DNA of 46,660 nucleotides from a virus. The notes beneath the pieces were generated by a model. The model was not told where the DNA came from, ran no database searches, and worked only from the letters and a program-made list of their open reading frames with translations. Below, piece by piece: positions 41,164 to 46,660 of the stretch (position 1 is its first letter; each line of letters begins with the position of its first letter). A program made the position numbers and the translations under genes. The stretch covers positions 1 through 46,660 of IMG/VR virus record IMGVR_UViG_3300045938_000011. One strand, given 5' to 3'.

Positions 41164-41593
41164 CACGCTTGCGGTTCGCCGCGGCATCCTGACTTTACTC
41201 AAGGCCAACGCCGAAGTGATCGCGATCGTACCGGCGGCGCAGGTCTATACGCAGGTCATCGAGAACCCCGGATGGCCGTTCATCCGGTATGGCGCGCCGT
41301 CTGCGCTACCAATCCGAGCAACGTGCTTGGACGGCGTCGAGATCAGCGTTGCAATCCATGGGTTCGCCCGATCGCGGAAGCAAGGCGGTGCGGTTGTCGA
41401 AACCGCCGAGGATCACGCGGCCCGTCTGGGCGCAGCGATCGCACGTGCACTGGACGGGCGTCGTATTGACTTACCGGATGGGTATGGGCGGCTGACATGG
41501 CAGGGCGGACAGCTGCTTGTTGATGGCGCCGAGGCAACCGCGTTTCACACGGTGCAGAACCTGCGGGTGCGCTGCGTGACGGGCAGCGCTTAG
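41150..41593 (+). CDS. Tail completion protein (DUF3168-like)
   Basis: VRRGILTLLKANAEVIAIVPAAQVYTQV...WPFIRYG. Confidence 0.65.
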   Translation: MARDSTLAVRRGILTLLKANAEVIAIVPAAQVYTQVIENPGWPFIRYGAPSALPIRATCLDGVEISVAIHGFARSRKQGGAVVETAEDHAARLGAAIARALDGRRIDLPDGYGRLTWQGGQLLVDGAEATAFHTVQNLRVRCVTGSA

Positions 41594-41952
41594 GCGCCAG
41601 ATGCGTCAGAGCGGGCGGGATTAACGCTGACCTTGCCGTCCGTGTCAACGTCCTCGAGCAACCCAGCTAGCCTGTCGTATAAAGCCTCACGCTCTTGGTT
41701 GCGTGCCGCATAGCGTTCCAATCGCTCTTGAAGATCCGCCACTGTATCGCGCAGGCCCAAGAACTGTTCGTGTATGGCACCGGCGTCGTCGTCATTCGGC
41801 TGTTCGAACGACGCCTGTAGGCGGGCGATCACCTCAGCGTTCATCGAGCGCCCATTGCGGCCTGCCGCTTCGGCTATCGCATCACGCATACCTTCAGGCA
41901 TTCGTACGAGGAAACGGGCAGCGGCATCGCTTGGGTATGCTGGCTTGCTCAT
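41590..41952 (-). CDS. Arc/MetJ-type RHH repressor with a C-terminal coiled-coil extension (Mnt-position)
   Basis: Start at MSKPAYPSDAAARFLVRMPEGMRDAIAEAAGRNGRSMNAEVIARLQASF. Its stop overlaps the stop of the convergent tail gene. Confidence 0.7.
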   Translation of the reverse strand: MSKPAYPSDAAARFLVRMPEGMRDAIAEAAGRNGRSMNAEVIARLQASFEQPNDDDAGAIHEQFLGLRDTVADLQERLERYAARNQEREALYDRLAGLLEDVDTDGKVSVNPARSDASGA

Positions 41953-41967
41953 GATTCGCTCTATGCT

Positions 41968-41995
41968 CCGAAATGATATCGGCTCGGATATTTCG
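41968..41995. promoter_or_regulatory. Candidate operators in the divergent Arc-like spacer
   Basis: CCGAAATGATATCGG (41968-41982) is an imperfect palindrome. CGGATATTTCG (41985-41995) is a related half-site pair in the opposite sense. Confidence 0.4.
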
Positions 41996-42058
41996 CTTGA
42001 CGGTAAACCGCAATGTTGCGATGTGATGTCAAGTCGGAACCATAGGAGGCGACATGAC

Positions 42059-42238
42059 GTGAGACAGTACCCCAGCGATGTGTGCGACAAAGCACTAGTC
42101 CGCTTCCCAGATGGAATGCGCGACGAACTCAAAGCGCTGGCAAGCGCCAGCTATCGTTCAGTGAATGCGGAAATAATCTCGCGGCTTCGTCGCGACATTG
42201 ACCGCGAGAAAGCGGCGTCGGGTGCTTCTCAGGGCTGA
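42059..42238 (+). CDS. Arc-like RHH repressor, 59 aa (Arc-position)
   Basis: GTG 9 nt after AGGAGG. MRQYPSDVCDKALVRFPDGMRDELKALASASYRSVNAEIISRL aligns residue-for-residue with the divergent paralogue. Confidence 0.65.
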   Translation: MRQYPSDVCDKALVRFPDGMRDELKALASASYRSVNAEIISRLRRDIDREKAASGASQG

Positions 42239-42266
42239 CCCGACGCCTATCCAAAGGAACGAACCA

Positions 42267-42992
42267 ATGAACGCACTGGTACATAATATGGGTGGCGACG
42301 GATCGCTACCCACCATGACGACCCGCGAGATCGCGGAACTGACCGGCAAGCGCCATGATAATGTGATGCGCGATGCACGGAAAATGCTGGTCGAGCTTCA
42401 CGGCGAGGAGGGTCTCCTCAAATTTGAGGACACCCTCTCTGATCCGCAAAACGGGCAGGAGTATCCTATCTTCCGACTGCCCAAGCGCGAAACTCTGATC
42501 CTCGTCAGCGGCTACAACCTTAAAATGCGCGCCGCGATCATCGACCGGTGGCAGGAGCTTGAGGCACGCCCCGCTGACCCGATCGCGGTCCTGAACGATC
42601 CGGCGGCCATGCGCGGCATTCTTCTGACCTATACCGAGAAGGTGATCGCACTCGAAAGCCGCGTCGCGCAGATGGAGCCGGACGTGGCGGCGCTGGACCG
42701 GATTGCGGTCGCCGATGGATCGCTGTGCTTCCGCGACGCTGCCAAGGTGTTGCAGGTCCGCCCGAAGGACCTGACCGAGTTCCTGATGGCGCATCACTGG
42801 GTCTATCAGCGCGCCGGCGTGCCCGGATACATCGCCTATCAGGCCAAGCTGCAAGCAGGGCTGCTGGAACACAAGACGACCACGGTTCACCGTTCGGATG
42901 GGTCCGAGAAGGTCATTTCGCAGTGTCGGATCACGCCGAAGGGCCTTGCTCGCCTCGCTCGTGAATTCCCGCCGGTCGCCAAGGCCGCCTAA
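42267..42992 (+). CDS. Antirepressor: Rha-type N-domain plus KilA-C/ANT C-domain
   Basis: TTREIAELTGKRHDNVMRDARKM is Rha-like. The C-terminal RDAAKVLQVRPKDLTEFLMAHHWVY...GLLEHKTTTV is ANT-like. Confidence 0.75.
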   Translation: MNALVHNMGGDGSLPTMTTREIAELTGKRHDNVMRDARKMLVELHGEEGLLKFEDTLSDPQNGQEYPIFRLPKRETLILVSGYNLKMRAAIIDRWQELEARPADPIAVLNDPAAMRGILLTYTEKVIALESRVAQMEPDVAALDRIAVADGSLCFRDAAKVLQVRPKDLTEFLMAHHWVYQRAGVPGYIAYQAKLQAGLLEHKTTTVHRSDGSEKVISQCRITPKGLARLAREFPPVAKAA

Positions 42993-43002
42993 CCCAAACG
43001 AA

Positions 43003-43036
43003 GAACGGCGCGAAGCTACCACCCTTCGCGCCGTTC
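43003..43036 (+). terminator. 13-bp perfect hairpin after the antirepressor (no U-tract)
   Basis: GAACGGCGCGAAG (43003-43015) pairs with CTTCGCGCCGTTC (43024-43036). Confidence 0.45.
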
Positions 43037-43058
43037 GCAGCCACCCGGAGCAAACCTC

Positions 43059-43406
43059 ATGGCTACCTACGCACATACCCGCCGGGCGATGCTCGGCGCA
43101 ATAGCAATCGCGCCCATCGCAATCCATGCCCCGGCAGTCGCCGTTCAGCCTAGCCGTCATGCTGTCTGGCTCGCGGAACACGGTTCCGTTCTCGCCCTTG
43201 CCAACTCGCTTGATGAAAAGGCTGCCGAGGCGCATTATCCCCGACTGAACGAACTGGAACGGCTGCTGGGGAATACCCCCGCCGCGAATGTGACCGAGGC
43301 AAAAGACAAGCTGCGGTTCGCTATCACGCTCCATGAGCAAGGCATCTGCTTGGAACACAACGATGCTGCTGAGCTGATGGTCGACATTGGCCGGTTCTTG
43401 CTCTGA
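43059..43406 (+). CDS. Exported protein with a twin-arginine-like signal, 115 aa
   Basis: MATYAHTRRAMLGAIAIAPIAIHAPAVA. Confidence 0.55.
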   Translation: MATYAHTRRAMLGAIAIAPIAIHAPAVAVQPSRHAVWLAEHGSVLALANSLDEKAAEAHYPRLNELERLLGNTPAANVTEAKDKLRFAITLHEQGICLEHNDAAELMVDIGRFLL

Positions 43407-43413
43407 CCCAACC

Positions 43414-43443
43414 GGGCGGCGGGAGACTGCCGCCCTTGCTTTG
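43414..43443 (+). terminator. Rho-independent terminator
   Basis: GGGCGGC (43414-43420) pairs with GCCGCCC (43429-43435), followed by TTGCTTTG. Confidence 0.65.
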
Positions 43444-43469
43444 TCTGTCGGCCGCGTTACCCATAGCGT

Positions 43470-43730
43470 GTGGACGAAACGGACTCGATAGACGCGCGCC
43501 TAGCGCTAGAGGTCATCAAGCAGATGGTCCGCGATGGCGCGCTGGACCCGGCCACGATCGTGCGGGTACGCGAGAACGCCGAACATGAGCGGGACCATGA
43601 ATTATCCCACGCCGCGCATGTTCTGTTCCTAGAGTCTCTGTCCCAGACAGCCAGCGAGTTCGAAGCCGACTATCGCCGCCGACAGATGGTCGAGCGGACT
43701 GCGCGTATTGGGCGTGACCCTAATGCGTAG
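43470..43730 (+). CDS. Hypothetical acidic protein, 86 aa
   Basis: Track ORF with a GTG start. Confidence 0.5.
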   Translation: MDETDSIDARLALEVIKQMVRDGALDPATIVRVRENAEHERDHELSHAAHVLFLESLSQTASEFEADYRRRQMVERTARIGRDPNA

Positions 43731-43974
43731 GGCGGTGATCGTGCTGGCGCTGCTGGCTATAGGCGGGTGCGAGAAGGAATCGGCAAAGGCCGAGCGGCAG
43801 GCAGAGATTGTCGGCCGGACCGGTGACAAGGCGGCGGAATGCGAGGCGAAGCGGAAGGTTGCAGATGCCTATCTCGCCGAAGGCAACGAGGAGAAGTACC
43901 GCGACGCAAAGCTGTTCGCCGACGTAGCATGCAATGCCGTGGCGTTGGACCGGCTAAACTACTCAGGGCGGTAA
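43723..43974 (+). CDS. Lipoprotein, 83 aa
   Basis: MRRAVIVLALLAIGGC carries a lipobox-like signal. Frame of track ORF 43708..43974. Confidence 0.6.
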   Translation: MRRAVIVLALLAIGGCEKESAKAERQAEIVGRTGDKAAECEAKRKVADAYLAEGNEEKYRDAKLFADVACNAVALDRLNYSGR

Positions 43975-44022
43975 CTCGTCCATCTACCATTCCTAGCGTC
44001 TCCGCAAAGCCCGGAGACTGCC

Positions 44023-44466
44023 ATGAGCTACCCGAACGAAATCGACGCAATCATTTTGAAGCTCGGGGACGGCGCGAACCCCGAAGTGTTCACCACCCTG
44101 TGCGGCGTCGAGAACGTGACGGTCGCCGAAAGCGCCGAAATCAACCGACGGCCGCGCCGGGATTGCGACAAGCCCGGCAAGCTGCCGGTCAGCACCGTCC
44201 GGGTCACCAGCACATCGTGGACGATCAGCGGTTCTGGCGTGACCAATGTCCCCCAGATCGCAACGATGCGTGCGGTTATCGGCCAGCACCGCAACTACCA
44301 AGCGGTCGCTATCCGATACGACGGTACTGACAACGGGGAGGTCCTCGGCACGTTCGCTGGCCGGGCTGTCATGTCGTCGCGCAGCATTGCCAGCGCCCCG
44401 AACGAGGGAACCCAGGAAATCACCTTGGAAGGCGAAGGTGATCTGCTGTGGACGCCTGCCGCATGA
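44023..44466 (+). CDS. Major tail protein (Phage_tail_2 / GTA g9-like)
   Basis: 147 aa. ILKLGDGANPEVFTTLCGV and SWTISGSGV are typical. It lies just before the chaperone and tape measure genes. Confidence 0.75.
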   Translation: MSYPNEIDAIILKLGDGANPEVFTTLCGVENVTVAESAEINRRPRRDCDKPGKLPVSTVRVTSTSWTISGSGVTNVPQIATMRAVIGQHRNYQAVAIRYDGTDNGEVLGTFAGRAVMSSRSIASAPNEGTQEITLEGEGDLLWTPAA

Positions 44467-44912
44467 GCCTTCGTGGTATCGAGCTGGCTTTCGCTGATGG
44501 CGACTATCTATTCGATCTCCCGCTGCCGCAAATCAAGGCGTTGCAGGAAAGCTGCGGCGTCACGCTATTCGAGATTTACGCCAGTATCCTGAAGGGGCGC
44601 TACGTTACTCCCACGGGAGAAGTCGGCGCGATGAATGAAGCGGCCGCCAATCCCGTCCATATCTGGGAAGTCATCCGACTTGGTTTGGTCGGCGGATCGA
44701 GCGGGAACGTGAATGGCGAAACAGTCGAGGTCGATGCGACGCGAGCGCGTAAGCTGGTCGAGCAATACTGCATGGCTCCCGGTGTATCGCTTCGTTCGGC
44801 TTGGGATTTGGCCAGCGCCATTCTCGCGGCGCGTGTCGAGGGATACGACCCGCCAAAAAAAGCCGAGCCGGTAGAACCGGCCCAACCCAGCGGATCGACT
44901 TCGGACAAGTAG
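44463..44912 (+). CDS. Tail assembly chaperone, short form
   Basis: ATGA overlap with the major tail stop (ATG at 44448 is an alternative). Its position before the tape measure supports the call. Confidence 0.7.
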   Translation: MSLRGIELAFADGDYLFDLPLPQIKALQESCGVTLFEIYASILKGRYVTPTGEVGAMNEAAANPVHIWEVIRLGLVGGSSGNVNGETVEVDATRARKLVEQYCMAPGVSLRSAWDLASAILAARVEGYDPPKKAEPVEPAQPSGSTSDK

Positions 44913-45067
44913 CGCATAACTGCGCCGTGATAGGCTGCGATTGGCGGACGCTCGACTGGTGGGAATACACTGCCAGGCTTTGGCATTGGAATGAGGCGAA
45001 CCCCTCTGAGAGGCAGGCAGGGCCAGTAGACACGGTTCGCCTGCACAAGCTTATGGCGGTGCACTGA
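44463..45067 (+). CDS. Tail assembly chaperone, long form made by -1 frameshift at 44855-44861
   Basis: The -1 frame (track ORF 44801..45067) is open through the overlap and ends in TGA overlapping the tape-measure ATG. The extension contains DWRTLDWWEYTARLWHW. Confidence 0.65.
44855..44861 (+). other. Slippery heptamer A AAA AAA (followed by G) for programmed -1 frameshifting
   Basis: Zero-frame reading is CCA AAA AAA GCC. The site lies inside the two-frame overlap. Confidence 0.7.
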
Positions 45068-46660
45068 TGGCTGAGAGCGCAGGATCGGTATCGGTCGAAC
45101 TGATTGCCAAGACAGAGGCTTTTGACCGTCAGATTGCTGGATCGGCAACAGTCACCGAGCAGGCGATGACGCGCGTCATCAACGCTACGGCACGCGGCGA
45201 ACAGCAGGTCGTTCGATCAGCCGGGCAGATGGCTAATGGCACACGCAATCTTGGCCGACAGTTCGCCGATGTTGGCGCATCGCTGTCCAGCGGGTCGTCG
45301 CCCTTTGTTGTGCTGGCGCAGCAGGCCCCACAGGTTGCAGATGCGCTGACCGATATGGGCGGCAAGGCGGGTCGTGTTGCGGCATTCTTTACCGGCCCAT
45401 GGGGAGCGGCGTTGCTTGCCGCTGGCTCGGTCTTAGGTGTCTTGGCGACCGAGGCGTTCAAAGCAGGGGATAGTGTCGAAGATCTAGTCGCTAAGCTTGA
45501 GAAGCAGGCTAGGCAGACGGCGCAGAATGAAGCGGCACAATTCCAGTTCAGCCAGACGACTGCGGGGCTGACGATCGCGGTTCGCGATCTGGGCAAGGCG
45601 CTCGACCAGCAGAATGCCAGCAGCCAGCGGGCCGCTTTCCTCACGTTGGCAAAGGCCAATGCCGACCGCGAAGCCACGATCCAAGCTAGGCGTCGCGCGG
45701 CCTCAGAATATGCTCTGGCGGTAGCCTTGGCTTCGAACGCGAAGGGACAGAATATCTTTGCGGGCGGGCCGGGTGGCGCGCAGTCGCTGGTCGCAGCGCA
45801 GTATGGTGCCCAAGAAGAACAGGCGCGCCGCAATCTCGCCAAAGCCGAAAACAACGTCGCCGAAGCGCAGCGGAATGTCGTCAGGGCACAAGCGCCGATC
45901 ATCCGCGGACAAGTCGCTGAGGCCCATGACAACGCAGCCCGCGCAGCTGGCCGGTACGAGCGGCAACTGGACCTTCTGTATAGCAAGCTCCGACGCGGCC
46001 AGATCACCGAATTGCAGTATCGGGAAGGTGTAGACCGCGCGACCACCAACCGAGATGCCTTGCTGAACTCGGATCGGTCAAGCCGCCGGCGGGGCACTGG
46101 AGGGACGCGGCGCGTCGATGTTCGTGTCAGCGCTTCCAGGGAGGCTCAGCGAGGGTTGGAGGCTGAAGACAAAGCCGCCGCTGATCTGACGCGACGCTAT
46201 GAGGCCCTGCAAGCCAAGTATGACCCCGCCGCCGCCGCCGCGCGCGAGTTCGCGCAGGTAATGGACGATATCGCTGACCTGCGCCTGTCCGGCACGATCA
46301 GCGATGGTGAAGCGCTTCGCCTGCAAATCGCGGCGATCGGAGTTGAGGCGAAGCGTGCCGATGAGGAAATGAACAAGCTGACGAGCAGCCTGTTCGGTGA
46401 TCCGTCGAAAGATTTGGACAGCGTACTGGCCGACATCAATGCTGAGCGCGATGCTCGAATAGCCGCACAGGATGACGTGGAAAATCGCCTGCGTGACAAG
46501 CGGGCGCGGGACATTGACGACCTCGCCTACTTCTATGAGAGCGCCTTCAATGGCGGGGTTGATGGCATTTGGGATACCTTCAAGCGCGAAGGGTTCCGTG
46601 CGATTGCGCTGGTGTTGGCTCGGCTCACGATTGGCGAATCGCTGGCATCCGCGCTGGGGG
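45067..46660 (+). CDS. Tail length tape measure protein, N-terminal part (continues at nt 1 after removing the 127-nt overlap)
   Basis: ATG at 45067 overlaps the chaperone TGA. The frame is open to the window end and so is absent from the ORF track. NLGRQFADVGASLSSGSSPFVVLAQQAPQVADAL and a following TM pair are typical of tape-measure proteins. Confidence 0.85.
   Translation, partial: MAESAGSVSVELIAKTEAFDRQIAGSATVTEQAMTRVINATARGEQQVVRSAGQMANGTRNLGRQFADVGASLSSGSSPFVVLAQQAPQVADALTDMGGKAGRVAAFFTGPWGAALLAAGSVLGVLATEAFKAGDSVEDLVAKLEKQARQTAQNEAAQFQFSQTTAGLTIAVRDLGKALDQQNASSQRAAFLTLAKANADREATIQARRRAASEYALAVALASNAKGQNIFAGGPGGAQSLVAAQYGAQEEQARRNLAKAENNVAEAQRNVVRAQAPIIRGQVAEAHDNAARAAGRYERQLDLLYSKLRRGQITELQYREGVDRATTNRDALLNSDRSSRRRGTGGTRRVDVRVSASREAQRGLEAEDKAAADLTRRYEALQAKYDPAAAAAREFAQVMDDIADLRLSGTISDGEALRLQIAAIGVEAKRADEEMNKLTSSLFGDPSKDLDSVLADINAERDARIAAQDDVENRLRDKRARDIDDLAYFYESAFNGGVDGIWDTFKREGFRAIALVLARLTIGESLASALG
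46534..46660. repeat. Terminal overlap: exact copy of 1..127
   Basis: Same 127-nt string as the window start. 46534 is a codon start of the open plus-strand frame, matching frame 1 at nt 1. Confidence 0.97.

Noticed and set aside
45129-46097. 322-aa minus-strand ORF inside the tape-measure region. A similar case is 30089..31072, antisense to terL.
   Set aside because: These are antisense shadows of strongly supported plus-strand genes. The plus-strand tape-measure ORF is missing from the track only because it runs off the window end.
1-46660. Diversity-generating retroelement, retron, or a restriction-modification or CBASS-type defence island
   Set aside because: No reverse transcriptase, template/variable repeat pair, cyclase or large ATPase/nuclease defence gene was recognisable in any frame. 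The only methyltransferase-like gene lacks a partner endonuclease.

Overview
The window is a complete, circularly closed genome of about 46.5 kb from a temperate, high-GC tailed phage or excised prophage. The host is probably an alphaproteobacterium, judging by a GcrA-like regulator and GTA/HK97-style head-tail genes. The first 127 nt are identical to the last 127 nt, so the contig wraps. The tape-measure gene crosses the junction (45067..46660, continuing at 1..507).

Layout:
- Plus-strand late operon, 28693 across the junction to 8378: small and large terminase, portal, Mu-F-like protein, scaffold, capsid, neck, major tail, frameshifted chaperone, tape measure, tail tip, tailspike, lysis cassette.
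- A tRNA-Arg(UCU) on the minus strand and a degenerate tRNA-like element on the plus strand, flanking a 310-bp untranslated spacer (8380..8842).
- A self-contained minus-strand accessory operon of nine unknown genes (12423 down to 8866). It diverges from a ribbon-helix-helix (RHH) regulator gene next to the integrase.
- The xis-like/int pair and a long minus-strand early-left operon (20611 down to 12825) that includes a RecT plus PD-(D/E)XK exonuclease pair.
- A lambda-like immunity switch: a cI-type S24 repressor at 20722..21402 and a cro-like gene at 21478..21696, with four copies of a 14-bp operator motif.
- A plus-strand replication operon (22196..27796) followed by an iteron-rich, AT-cored candidate origin (27800..28077).

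Accessory insertions worth attention:
- A P22 immI-like module (two Arc-like repressors plus an antirepressor) inserted between tail genes (41590..42992).
- A small acidic protein plus RHH two-gene cassette that looks like an anti-defence locus (28249..28636).
- The RHH-gated nine-gene operon, which includes a cytosine-C5-methyltransferase-like protein with no visible SAM-binding motif.

All family assignments come from motifs read by eye and recalled from memory. No database search was run.
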